Source of the DNA: Chrysomallon squamiferum
Lineage: Eukaryota; Animalia; Mollusca
Assembly (NCBI GenBank): GCA_012295275.1
Contig: CM022671.1
Span: 23,622,001-23,686,000, forward strand
DNA: 64,000 nucleotides
Direction of reading: 5' to 3'
Part shown: positions 41,201 to 57,531 of the stretch, piece by piece
How the letters are laid out: every line of letters begins with the position of its first letter
Position numbering within the stretch: position 1 is the first letter of the stretch
Position numbers and translations under genes: made by a program
The notes under the pieces: model-generated
Database searches by the model: none
What the model saw: only the letters and a program-made list of their open reading frames with translations
Told to the model about the DNA's origin: nothing

Positions 41201-43107
41201 GTAATTATCTCAGAATAGACTTCCATGAAAGATTAAAACTGAGTAATAACAATAAATAAAACACACACAGCTAAGCGTTGCAGTGAACGATTTCAAAACA
41301 GCAGCGTTCACCTGGTTTCATTATGTCTTCATTCTTTGTTACTGACAAAAACTGGTCGCGAGAAATCTTTTATGCTTTTTCTCGTACTTATATTACTGTT
41401 GTTATTAAAACTGTTGAAAGCAAAGAAACAAAGAAACAACAAACATATAACAACAAAAACAAATAATAACAATAATAATAATAATAATAAAATATACCCT
41501 TGCACCTCTTGTTTCGTTTTCTTACAATGTCAAACAACAGCAACAACAATAAAAACAATAATAATAACAGTAACAGTAATAGAGTTAACAGCAACAATAG
41601 AAGAAGTAATAACAAGAATTATAACTACCCTGTCTACTTCTACTGTTGTTCCCTTGGCAGCATAAATTATTACTAGTACAGGTACTACTGTTATTTTTAC
41701 AAGTATGCGGTTATGACTCTAACAGCTGTTGTTGTTCTTATCGTTGTTGTTGGAGTTATTATTATTGCAAGTCAGTAACAATAACAACAACAACAACAAA
41801 AACAACAACGATATTAGTAACAACAACAACAATAATAATAATAAATATCCTTGGTCTTTCGTTCTGCCTGTTGTTTCTTTTTCTTTCAGTGTCAAACAAC
41901 AACAACAACAACAACAATACTAAATAAAAACAACAACAAAAAACCCCCACCTTTGGACTTTATTCTCTTACAATAGCATTCACACAGTTAACTTTCATCT
42001 GCTTAAAAAAAGGACACTGCACTATATTTCACTACGCAGTTCACTCTGTTATCCATTACAAACGCGTCCCTTTCTAACATGTTCATTGCCATAGCAGTTT
42101 CCGACGGTTTTCTCTAACCGGACGTATCATATATAATTCTAGTCACGAAAGCATCATCCTAAAAATACGTATATTAATCAAAACTAGCTGAAGGCGATTT
42201 TCTGGTATACATTTTTTTCTCTACCTACATTCAATGGCAGACTAATTAATTGTTGATTGCAGCTGAGGTGTTTACAGTGCAAGTATAACTAAAAGCCTAT
42301 AAATTAAAAAATTTCGCAATGAAATTTATTATTATTATTATTATTATTATTTTTGAGGTTGTTGTTGTTGTTGTTGTTGCTGTTATTGCTGTGCATGTTG
42401 TTATCGTTGTTGCTGTTGTTATAGGAAAGTGTATTGCAAGTTACTGCCGATTATATGACGTAATCATTCTACAAGCAAGGCACAAAGTCGGTATAGTGTG
42501 CTGTTTATAAGCTGACTCTTCCAAAACCAACGTATTTAAAATTTAAAAAAAAAAAAAAAAAAATTCCAACAGCGATAAAAAAACCCAGAAAAGAAAACTC
42601 ACACAATATATTAATTATTTATAAAATGTAAATTACTCTTTTAAGGCACGTAATTTGATATTTTGTTTATTTATGATTATTTATTGTTACTGTTGTTTAT
42701 TTTTTTATTTAATTATTTTTTGTTGTTGACATTACTGAATTTTGTTTTGTACGTTTTTTCCTTATTATTATTATTTTTTTAAATTTGTATTTATATTTTT
42801 ATAATTATTTTGTTGGTTTGCTTATGTTATTACGGCTGAAATATTTAGACGATAAATAAATAAATAAATAAATAAATAAAAATGTAACAAGTTTAAAAAA
42901 ATTGGTATGTAAATAGGTGATTGTATTCGCGTTCAGATAGTAAACACGTCATTGGTTGATTTGTATACGTACCATTTTACATGCTATTAAATAAACTACA
43001 TAATAAAATAAAATTTCCTTTTAAAAACACTTCCAAACGAATAATAATTTCGCAAGTTTAAATAACGACATAAAAAAGAAAGAGGTATAATAAAGCGATT
43101 ACTAACA

Positions 43108-43277
43108 AATAAGCGGATCGAGGGGGAGTATGTAACTGCATTCTTACTTTGTGCTGAACGATATATAAATCACCTGCTATGTAATGAAATTCAGTTCGTC
43201 TTTATAGTTGTTTCCACCCAAATTATGGCGCGCACCAGCCTTGTACCCCTTTTTCTAAAATTCTGGAACCGTCCCTG
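43108..43277. mobile_element. Possible degenerate MITE with GCGGATC...GGAACCGTCCCTG ends
   Basis: Left AGCGGATCGAGGGGG and right CTGGAACCGTCCCTG resemble the ends of CAGGGGCGGATCCAG-type invertebrate MITEs. The match is weak and boundaries are approximate. Confidence 0.3.
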
Positions 43278-43648
43278 TCTAATCGACGTTCTGAGTGTTG
43301 GTTATTGTAACCTGTAACTGTGGACATTACACAACACGACGGAAATTACTTAAATCTGGGGAAAGAATTATTTCTCACACTAAAGACGTTATCACGCCGA
43401 CTTGGTAACCTGTAAGTGAAAGCTGTTAATAATAATAATAATAATCATGATAATAACAATAATAATAACATAGTGGGTCAAACAGTCGCAGGACATTGGC
43501 GTTTGTAACACGGGACAATCCTGCACCCACCATTAATGAGTTGTTGTTCTCTCTAAGTTGTTACCGATTTACGTTTGTGCTTTATTTCAGATAAAGAACG
43601 CGACGATTACGATGTCTAAGAAGTAGTAACTGGCGAACGGCAGCTTTA

Positions 43649-44947
43649 ATGGATCACCGAGTTCCAGCTGACCAGGCCGAGAGGCATGACGCAAATCAGA
43701 AAGAAGATATTCTCAGACAGTGTCGCCTGCAGTCGATGTACAAAGGCAACACTTTCCCTATCACGGGACACTCGTCGTCTGTTGACCACACAAAGGTTAC
43801 GCGGTTTGTCATTGACACCCCGAGAGACAATGGCATGCATCAACGAGAAGATTTGTGGACTTACCAAAAAGGGAAAAGAGGTGTCCAAGTCGGCCACGGT
43901 GATTCCTTGCCAGCGATTCCGTACAGGCTTGGCAGTCGCGAGAAAACGTCAGATTCATTGCTCGGCGAACGGGAAACGACGCTGCTCGGGTTTCGCGACA
44001 GTGACATCGACGAGAGACTGAACAGATATTACTTCCCGAGAGACGGGCCGCTGCCCAGGTTAAACCATCATCCGCAACATTCCTACAACGGCAGCATCAG
44101 CAGCAGCACCGCCGCCAGCGCGAGGTCAAAGCTGAAACATTCACAACCGTTCCTTCATCTGTCGGCCAAAAGTGAAGTGCCTAAAGTTCGACTCACGTCT
44201 GACAACAACGGAGGTCTGTTCATAACGGACGATCCAAAGTTAACAATATCTCAGAAAATAAACTTGTCGGAAAGGGACCAAAAGACAGCTGAAAAGTCGG
44301 CTACGGTTCAACTTTCCGATCGTCTTCCAAGACCAAATACTAGAGCGAAAACGTTAATGAACTTTCAAATCAAAAGGTGTGTTTCGTCATCGGAATTTCA
44401 GAAACGACAAGAAATGGCTGATTCTCAAATGGATGACGCGGACGGCATAGTAGACATACCATCAGACAGAATAGGACCAACATCGAAGCACAAAAGCATG
44501 GAGGACACTCCCAGAACGTTAGCGGATCTCATAAACAGGGAAAGTTACGAAAAATATAAAAAGCTGGCTAGTAAAAGACAAAAGTTAGCTGAAAGGTCAT
44601 TCGGTCATAGAAACAAACCGTTCTCCAGCGAAAACATGTCGACGAACGAGGTGGACCAGGAGTTGTTTGAAAAATTTAACACGAGGCTCATTGATGGCCT
44701 CAGTTACGACACGTTTGCTAGGACTAGAAGACTGGTTCCTGACCAGGAAGCCGTCAAGTCGAGTATGGAGAAAAAAAGACCGTCAAAAGCGTACACCATG
44801 GAACAGACCTCTTCGGATTTTGGAGACGGCTTTTCTACGTTCTTCAGAGACGATTCAACCGTGAAGAAAGTTGATAATCTTATAGGAAGGCCTCAAAAGC
44901 ATTCAAAACTTAGAATTTCTTTGACAAATAACAGGACGGATTTCTGA
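43649..44947 (+). CDS. Uncharacterised hydrophilic protein, 432 aa, single coding exon; paralogue of 36994-37791
   Basis: 1299-nt ORF, far longer than expected by chance in this AT-rich DNA. Acceptor TTTATTTCAG at 43590 and candidate upstream donor T|GTAAGT at 43412. Conserved blocks shared with the 36994 ORF. Confidence 0.85.
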   Translation: MDHRVPADQAERHDANQKEDILRQCRLQSMYKGNTFPITGHSSSVDHTKVTRFVIDTPRDNGMHQREDLWTYQKGKRGVQVGHGDSLPAIPYRLGSREKTSDSLLGERETTLLGFRDSDIDERLNRYYFPRDGPLPRLNHHPQHSYNGSISSSTAASARSKLKHSQPFLHLSAKSEVPKVRLTSDNNGGLFITDDPKLTISQKINLSERDQKTAEKSATVQLSDRLPRPNTRAKTLMNFQIKRCVSSSEFQKRQEMADSQMDDADGIVDIPSDRIGPTSKHKSMEDTPRTLADLINRESYEKYKKLASKRQKLAERSFGHRNKPFSSENMSTNEVDQELFEKFNTRLIDGLSYDTFARTRRLVPDQEAVKSSMEKKRPSKAYTMEQTSSDFGDGFSTFFRDDSTVKKVDNLIGRPQKHSKLRISLTNNRTDF

Positions 44948-45873
44948 AATAAGATGCTGTTTAAAAACATAAAATGCATTGTAATATCTGCTTAATCTTA
45001 ACTGTGTGGGATTAAATCCGATTTGTGGATACAGTGATGCATATATAAACATGGAATACTCAACAACAGTTTCAATAATATAGATGTTCACGGACCGTGC
45101 TTTATTCATACAGATTGACGGTGATATTAATAAGACAATAGCTTTATTTCGTTAATTAATTAAAAAAAAAAATCAAACATTATATTAAGTCAAATAAATA
45201 TGAATATGTAATAAAGATATGCTAAACGAATATAGTTTAAATTTTATTGCTGCATATTTCAACTGTGAATGGCATTTTATATTAGTGTTACGAAAATATA
45301 TTATTATGTGCGTGAACTAACAAAACAAGTTAAAAATGTCATATTTACACAGGTTACATGGAAAATTTATGTTAGCGTCCAAATTACATTTTACATGCAT
45401 GTCACTGATTTATTCATTGTCTACACGGGGAAATATATAAAGATAACAATAAAGAGTCTAGAACGACTCCCTTTAAAATGTTTTCTGCCAAACACTGAGC
45501 TCTTTTAGTCATGAATGTAAAAATAATATAAATCTCACTCAGCGTTTGCCAATGTTCTGTTCTATCCGGCAGCTAATGCACAAAGATACGTATTTTCTGC
45601 TCTACCAATATACCTTGTCTAATTAGCGTCTTCCACTTGAATGTATGTGTGTATGCATGCATATGTCTGTAAGTGTATGTCTCTCTGTGTATGAGTGTAT
45701 ATTCGTTCGTATGCTGGGATCAACTGAACAAAACTAAAACACTGTTGTTAAAAAGAAATGGAAAAGAAATCTCCAGTCCACACAGATATTTATTTCATCT
45801 GCAGTACAGAGAATTTCTCAAACACATTAAAGATGTTGGTTAATTTGGTAAACAATAATAACTAATACTTTTA

Positions 45874-45906
<33 letters not shown>

Positions 45907-47541
45907 CTATCAACAGAATCATTACGGAACTTAAAATACTTAATATATAAATAGTGTGTATAAAACAGTCTGGTATAAGACACATAAATTATGTATAATC
46001 TATCAGAACACTATGATAATAATAACACAAAAGCGTTATTTTTTTTAAACAAAAAGCTTAACTGTTTAACAGAGACGAAACACTTTTTTGGTGTAGGTAG
46101 GTATACAATGTATTAGTTTAAGGACACCACTAATAGATCACTTCTGTCAAAGGTAAGTTTTGTTTGAAATAAATTTATTGCGATAGATTACGGCGTGCCA
46201 GGTATTACACAGAAGTGGTTTAAAAACAATTGATTCTTTTCTCTTTTTTTTTTTTATTCTGGATGCAACTAAATAATTCTAATTTGTTTTCAGCTGATAA
46301 TTTTTTTCTCAATATTAATTCTGAGTGTGGAAGAATTACTAAATGGATTTCATGAATTATTTAAGTTAATTCAGATAGTTTATATTGTTAGAGAGGGAAA
46401 TCAATACTTTTATCACGTAAATATTTGTCAAGCATCAGTTCATGTTCGGGACACATCGCATATTTCGGGACACATCATAGTAGTAGTAGTAGTAGTAGTA
46501 GTAGTACTAGTAATAGTAGCAGTAGTAATAGTAGAAGTAGTAGTACGATTAAATTTCTGATATGTTTATTTTTTAGCAAGCAGAAGACCAAGTTGAATTT
46601 AAATATAATATTACATATTAAAACAAAATTCATTTGCAACTAAATGTAAATAATTAGAGTTATACACAAATGTCTCATGTTTCGTCACTGGCCTTGGAGA
46701 GCAATGCAAAGTCGTATACTTTAATACTGCTTGCTACTGAGATCGAATCCCGAAAGCGTTTATTAGCAAAAACCAAGATAACAACTCACTTCTTTTTTTT
46801 TCTTATTTCTTTAACATAGTTCAAGGCCGACAACTCCAATTTCAGAAATGTTTGCCCAGGGACCATGCGTATTTTACACAGCTGGTGTACGAACGTTTCA
46901 AAATAGAGACTGTCTGATAATAATTTAAAAACTGTAACAGTTTCAGCGCTTACATACAAAGTTATTACTCACTTTATAAAGAAATTAGAAAGAAATTCTT
47001 AGTCTTTTTTTTTTTTGGTCACGGGTACGTTAAGTGACTTTTGCTGATATAAGAAGTTAAGCACACACACAAAAAATATAATTAACTTGTCAGATAGATA
47101 TTTTAATTGCCTGAATGATCTTTTATCTTAAATACAACAGAAATTAAGAGTATGAAAAGTTTATATAAACTAAACACACATTTATAATGAAAACTATTTT
47201 TCACAAGTACCGTAGTTTAATAAAAACAAAACCAGGAATTTTTTTGCAGACTGAAATACTTGTAATAAAACTGAATATAAATAAATTAAAAAAATGAACA
47301 GAAAATGAAAAAAAAAAAAAAAAAAAAAAAAAAAATGAAAAAATGAAATAAAAAGTAGAGATATCATAATAATATTTATTATTACAGATAATGTATAGAA
47401 TATATACATAATAACTTTTTTTTTGTAATTATTATTCCAGCAAAGGATCGCAACATAAAAATCATAAACACTGTATTTAATTTTTTTTTTTTTTTTTTTT
47501 TTTTCTTGTATTGAAACCTAAACGATGTCTGTTGTCCAAAT

Positions 47542-47576
<35 letters not shown>

Positions 47577-47636
47577 TATTCTGAAATTCCAATGAGAAAC
47601 AAGCTATCATTTATCGTGTCGACAAATCAGTACTGC

Positions 47637-50395
<2,759 letters not shown>

Positions 50396-50691
50396 TTCAC
50401 TTCTGTGTTTGGTTCTTTGTCTGTCGGTGACAATGTCTTGCGCCATCAGTTTGATTTATGTGAATTTCTAAAGGATTTTACACACTTTTATTCTCTGCCA
50501 TTCGTCCAGTAATTTTTTTCCCCGTCATCAGCCTACACATTTGTCATGTCCAATAAGAACCTGTCTTCTTAAAACAAATGCTGGTTTTTGGTGTCATAAT
50601 GAAACGATAATTGAACGTTAATAGCATATCTAACATATCCCCAGGACAAAATGGTATATAGAGAGAATGCTATTTATCTTCCTCCGTGTAT

Positions 50692-50744
<53 letters not shown>

Positions 50745-51034
50745 GTCTGTTTATCTTCCTGCTTTTTTTTACCTGTTTATCTCTTTCAGTCTCTGAGTTA
50801 TTGTACGTTATCGTTCTCTCTGTCTCTGATAAAATTCAAAATCATTATACTGTTTCAATTAAACGCCTTCGTTTTAATTTGTCCTTTGTTAAAATAATAA
50901 GAAAACAAAATTAAGAAAGATAAAAACTCTAAATTACAGATATCTCGTTTATTTTAGATTTGTTCTTTAAATTGCAATTTTATTTCGTTTTATAATAATA
51001 ATTCAATAAAATTATAATAATAATAATAAGAATG

Positions 51035-51092
<58 letters not shown>

Positions 51093-51255
51093 TCACGTTT
51101 ATAAGAAAAACATAAATTTCTGTGACCCAGCTAGTAATAAGCCACCGAACTGAAAAGATTGTCCCAAAGATTTAACGAAGACAGGAAAAACACGAAGACC
51201 TAATTACCTCCCTTTACCTGTCGACATCCAGTCATAAAATGCCAATGTTCAAGAA

Positions 51256-51348
<93 letters not shown>

Positions 51349-51859
51349 ATTATGATTTCCAAACATTCAATGTAAAAGTTTCTATTGACTATGCTTATTT
51401 TTATAATCTTTATAGACATACAAATATACAAACACACAAACATACATACAAAGAATGTATTACTGCAACTCTGTTTTCATTATCGTTGTCAAATTTTCAT
51501 TAACCTATAACAATAACATTATTATTTAATATCAAAGACAATAAAATCTTGTATCGATGCAGTAATCATAACATTAAGAAAATTATTCAGCGGCTACTCG
51601 TAAAAAGATTTTGCCATATGATACGTCAGAAAAAGTCATGTGAGACGTCACGTGGGTGCGAAAACGTACACCAATGTTCCACATTTCCGATAATATCCAG
51701 TATAAGGTAATGGTCCATAATGGATCTTATTTTGGCTTTGTGCTGGAGGTTTATATTCCTACGCCTTTTCTAAGACTGTTTAAAAATAATAATTAGGTCA
51801 GCGATGTTTCAGATTTCTCTCTAAGACAAGTAAGTAAGTAGTCATTCGTTATTATGTGA

Positions 51860-52660
51860 AAATATAAGAAAAAGAAAAAGAAAAGAAAAATAAAGAAAAA
51901 TAATAATAAAATAAAATAAAATAAAGAAAAATAATAATAAAATAAAATAAAATAAAGAAAAATAATAATAAAATAAAATAAAACAGACAAAATGAAATGA
52001 AAAATAAATAAATTTAAAAATAAAAATAAAAAATGGAAAGAAAATAAAATAAAAATAAAGTAAAATAAAACAAAATAAAAATAAAGTAAAATTTTTTTTT
52101 AAATAAAATTAAATAAAAAAAGAAAATAAAAAAAATAAATTAAAATAAAATAAAAAAAATGAAAAAAAAAATGGAAATAAAAATAAAATAAAATAAAATA
52201 AAAAAAAAACGAAAAAAAAAAAAATAAAAATTAAAATTAAAATATAATAAAATAAAATAAAAATAAAATAAAATAAAATAGAAATAAAGTAAAGTAAAAT
52301 AAAATAATGAAAATAAAAATAAAATGAAAAGAAAAGAATAGACAATTAAGTAAAATGAAAAAAAATAAAATAAAATAAATTAAAATAAAGCGAAAAAAAA
52401 ATGAAAAAATAAAATAAAAATAAATATATAAATATAAATAAAAAAAAATAAAAATAATAAAATAAAAATAGAAATAAAAATAAAATAAAATAAAATAAAA
52501 ATAAAGTAAAAATAAAGTAAAGTGAAAACAAATGTAAAAATAAATAAGTAAAATAAAATTTAAAAAAATATGAATAAAAATAATAATAAAATAAAAATAG
52601 AAATAAAAATATAATAAAATAAAATAAAAATAAAAATAAAGTAAAATAAAATGAAATACA
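51860..52660. repeat. About 800-bp low-complexity (AAAAT/AAAAAT)n A-rich tract
   Basis: Almost entirely A and T with strong A bias on the plus strand. Generates the spurious F/Y/I/L-rich minus-strand ORFs. Confidence 0.9.
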
Positions 52661-53051
52661 TCTATTGTCAATGGATTCAACCAAAGCTAGGCGGCAAATG
52701 ATTTTCCCCATCGAAAACAATATATTAAATCTATAACAATATACACTATGCAAAAAACAAAAAAGAGTTTATGAGTTAGTAATTATCTATTAATATCTTA
52801 AATGAGCTTTATAGCGTTAATTAGAAATCATTATATGTCTGTTCGGTCAACCTTGATATTTTTAATTCAACTTTATTTTAGCCTTTAACATTTGTCTCCA
52901 TAAATTAAAGTGTTGTTTGTTTTGTTTTTCTTTTACTTTTTCTATTATTTTTCTTTATATACATTTTTTATCACTGCCAGCCTGTATTCTTCTTTATCCT
53001 TCTCAGTCTTTCTCTCTATCTCTTTTCTGTCCGTCTCCCTACCTGTCTCAC

Positions 53052-53143
<92 letters not shown>

Positions 53144-53849
53144 ACTTTTTTCCAGATCTCATAAACATACATTAAAACGATGTGCAATGGAAACGACTCT
53201 AACGTTTCTCATTCACTCCATCTGAAACTGCTTCCTTCGATGATATCAAATTGAGAACATTTCTCAATAAAAAAGTTATGAAAGATGAACGTCTATTACC
53301 AAAGTAGACAGACATAGCTTCAGGTCAGAAAACTAATTATTAATGGACTGTTAAATAAAAACATACACACCTCGCCATTAACAGAAAAATTAGAAAGATG
53401 AATGAAAACCTATACTTACTGGAGACAATGAAAAAAAAAAAAAAAAACTTGAAAAGAAAATAAAAAAAAAAAAAAAGAAGAAATAATAAAAAAAGATAAA
53501 GAAAGAAAGAAAAGAAAGAGAAGAAAAAAAGATGTTAGCATGATAATAAGTAATACAATTCCTCTAAGATAAACTTCAACTAGACAGTTTTACAAAATAT
53601 AAAGGCATTTCGTATTATTATTATTATTATTATAACTATTATTATTTATGTTTTTGTTGTTGTTGTTGGTGGTGATGTTATTATTATTGTTATTAAGTTA
53701 TTACTGTCACTGTTATTTACTGTTGTTGTTATTATTATCATTACTGAAATAAAGTGAGATAGTTTCACTGCTATCAAGTACCAGTCATAGTAAAGAGGCA
53801 TCAAACATAAACAAACACAAAATAGTAAAATTTAAAAAATAATCATGGC

Positions 53850-53917
<68 letters not shown>

Positions 53918-54574
53918 TAATAATAATAATAATAATAATCAAATTAAACTTATTCTCAAAATAGTCATTAAAAAAAAGAAAAAAAAGAGAAGGAGACGAA
54001 AAATCTTTGATAAAGATTTAAAAACCAAGAATGTGAAGGTTTTCTAAAACATCTAAGAAAACGACCTTGGAATCAGCCAATAACTGTACAGTACGAACAA
54101 TTCTATAAACTGGTGCTCTAACCCTATTTAATGATTGGCGTACTTTCTTTTGTGTAAACTTGTTGTAACACGTTTACTTTTGTTACTGAATATAATTTAA
54201 ATTGTTGGTGACGCTGAGATTAGGAGAAGTAGAAGTTTAATCAAAGTATAATCAACCTTCCTTCACCAGAAAGCAATAACGAGGAAGTAATTATTCTTTA
54301 TTATAGAAAGACTTAACAAATATTTTATAGTTCACATCCTTATATATATATATATATACATAAACATATATTCTAGCAAACGCACATATATAAAACATAC
54401 AGCTGACATATAGAGAGACATATACACATAGATATACATATACGTCAGCGACGTTTCAGAACAAGGACAAGAACATTGTCGAATCTCCTCTTTCCTTTAA
54501 TATACAACTTCTTCCTCAACTGACGTGTTCGAATGCTTATCCTTTCGGAAATTCATCTGTGACTGCTGCTTCTA

Positions 54575-54586
54575 GGGGAATACCCC
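54575..54586. promoter_or_regulatory. Putative NF-kappaB/Rel site GGGGAATACCCC between the divergent IL-17 genes
   Basis: Near-palindromic match to the p50-type kappaB motif GGGGAATCCCC. It lies about 0.8 kb upstream of the plus-strand IL-17 TATA box, with a CRE half-site TGACGT at 54521. Confidence 0.5.
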
Positions 54587-54744
54587 AAAACAGTTTATAT
54601 TTAGGTCGAATACTAAATAAGAGATTATTATAAACTGTCAGTGGTTTGTCAACACCTGCAGATATCAGTTCACACACTCAACCACTCATAAACGTCACAG
54701 AAGTACTTCTTTTTTTTAAAAAAATCGCTCTTCCGTCAATAGAA

Positions 54745-54842
<98 letters not shown>

Positions 54843-55343
54843 GGGGGAGAGTAACAAAAATCATCAGAAATGATAGGAATATTTGAAAAACGTCTTCAAG
54901 GTACGAAAATATACAAAAGATACAAAATAGATTATCCGTTTTATTTGAAACAGCTCAAAAACAAGAGTTAAAAAAAAAAAAAAAAAAAACTGAATCAGTG
55001 ACCCATCATTTCTGTAACTATTAAAAAGACTGAAGACAACTCTGTTCTTTCTTTATCGTAATAACAATCCGATATTTCGAAAGCTTACAAAATGGGTTGA
55101 TGTAACAATCTTCACCGAAGATAGCATGAAATGTTTTATCTCAAATGATAAGATCAGTTCCTAGCTTTAGCAATTGTCGTGTATTGCAAATTTTGAATTA
55201 CGATTGGCTAAATGCCTGAACAGTATTTATCTTGAAGGATACAATACATCAGTTTATCACTGATGTCAAAATTATCATTATCTTGTCACTTCTTTTTGTT
55301 TCTTTTTTCCACAGGAAGACTCCTACAGGGAAGCTGCACATAA

Positions 55344-55428
55344 TATATAAAAATAATGAAGCCACAATTTGGAATTTCAAAAACTGATGAAAAATTAGGA
55401 ACCGAAATATCCAGTCCGTTGCTTTGTG
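55344..55428 (+). promoter_or_regulatory. TATA box (TATATAAAAA, 55344-55353) and short non-coding first exon of the plus-strand IL-17 gene
   Basis: Donor GTG|GTAAGT at 55428/55429. Matching acceptor ATTTCAG ends at 56324, 16 nt before the ATG at 56341. Confidence 0.6.
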
Positions 55429-55567
55429 GTAAGTAATTACATAGCATATGTTGAAGTTAATTTTATTTCAAATAAAGACAGTTTGAATAGTTTTTAAGAT
55501 TGTATGGAGGTCTCTTTATTAATCAGTTAATTAATTATTATAACTGTGATTGCTTTATTTATTTATT

Positions 55568-55628
<61 letters not shown>

Positions 55629-55810
55629 CTACTATTATTATTATTATTATTATTAAGGGACGCATTTATTATTGGTATAATTATCTATTATTAAATCAGA
55701 TATACATGATTCTCATGCAAAAAAAAAAAGAAGAATAAAACAAACAAAAAATACCTGTTCTCTCACTACTACAATGTATTCCGATTAGATATATTTTTGT
55801 TTAAAAACGG

Positions 55811-55931
<121 letters not shown>

Positions 55932-56340
55932 ATAATCATATTATAATAAACTGTTAGGTTATTATAGAAAGGTAAAATTTTGTTTTAATATATTATAGTA
56001 AGTTGTGATAGTAGTAGAAGACCAAGTAGCAGCAGGAATGGGGCCGAAATAACTGTTGTATCAATAGCAGACACCAGCAGCAGCAGCAGTAGCTGTTTGT
56101 AGTAGTAGTAGTAGTATCAGTTGTAGTAATAGTAATAGCAGCAGTAGCAGCAACCCGAGCAATTTGTTTTATTAGTCGAAGAAGGGGAATTAGAAACAGT
56201 AGCCGACATGCTGTACATTGAACTAACTTTATTTAACTTTTCCAATGTTTGTATTTAACATAGATAATGTCACAGAAATTACATTTATTTCGGTAAAATT
56301 AACAACAAAATAAATTAATTTCAGGTAAAACAGAACGAGA

Positions 56341-56862
56341 ATGGTCGATAAACTTCGATATTTTATTGTGTGTGCCTCTGTTTTGCTGACGGCACAACAG
56401 ACAAATGCAGCGACATCTTCCTGGCTGTCGGGTTCCAGCAACATTTTCACGGACGTTTGGAAGAACTGGACAATCGAGGCTGACAACTTGCCGTTGGATT
56501 TGAAAAATACTGCCTCGCGCTGCGAATCAACCAATCAGAGCGCGCAAACGTGTCCTACGACGATCTCCATTGGTCCGATCCCGACGCCTGCACGAGAGCG
56601 GTCCGTTTGTCCGTGGTACTACGTGAAAGACGTGGACGAATTTCGGCTGCCTCGGACCATACTGAGGGCGAAATGCAAGTGTGATAATTGTTTCGCCAGT
56701 TCTCGTAACGTCACTGGTGTAACACCGGGCCACGAATTCAACTGTCTGGAAATGTTTGTGGACGTCCCAGTGATGTACTGCTCAAAAGACAAAGTTCGCT
56801 GCAAGGCGTCAGTTTCGAAAATTCCTGTGAGCTGCGCCTGTGTTTACAGACCAACATATTAA
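56341..56862 (+). CDS. IL17: Interleukin-17 family cytokine, 173 aa, complete CDS in one exon
   Basis: Signal peptide MVDKLRYFIVCASVLLTAQQTNA. IL-17 signature RSVCPWYYVKDVDEFRLPRTILRAKCKCDNC...CLEMFVDVPVM...IPVSCACV. N-glycosylation sequons NWT, NQS, NVT. Confidence 0.92.
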   Translation: MVDKLRYFIVCASVLLTAQQTNAATSSWLSGSSNIFTDVWKNWTIEADNLPLDLKNTASRCESTNQSAQTCPTTISIGPIPTPARERSVCPWYYVKDVDEFRLPRTILRAKCKCDNCFASSRNVTGVTPGHEFNCLEMFVDVPVMYCSKDKVRCKASVSKIPVSCACVYRPTY

Positions 56863-56924
56863 AATGAACTCCATTTCTTTTTTTAATTTCAGAACAGTCA
56901 GATGTCATTATTTGTTTTGTGCTT

Positions 56925-57015
<91 letters not shown>

Positions 57016-57443
57016 CATTCTGTTTGTACTCTGTTAATGCATATGGTTATTTGCATGTTTTTCGGAATTTCTGTATTCAAATGTATTTTTATATTTAACT
57101 TTATACGTGTATTTTTTAATAAAAAAATATTGACGTTATACTATACCTTTTCTTTTTGTCAATAATATTAAAAGTATTTGTTTTATTTTGCCTGTTCGAT
57201 AATAACTGAATGTTACTTTTAGTAACTGTGTATTTTATTGACACTCGGTGAAGTTTTTCGACGTATTCGTCTGTGTAATGAATAGGACAGTTATGACAGA
57301 CATCTAGAAATAAACTTGGTAAAATGAATTGCCAGACTTCTAGTTATATAATAATTTGGGGATAAAATTTATTTTATTTTAACACTAACTCTAAATTAAA
57401 TTTTATTATATTTACTTCTATTACTGAAACGTACTAATCTTTT

Positions 57444-57531
<88 letters not shown>

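Noticed and set aside
46690-46760. Second SINE head (GATCGAATCCC B-box-like)
   Set aside because: The A box is too degenerate and there is no body similarity to the 40.9-kb element.
56863-57200. AU-rich instability elements in IL-17 3' UTRs
   Set aside because: ATTTA pentamers are no denser than in the AT-rich background, so they cannot be supported from sequence alone.
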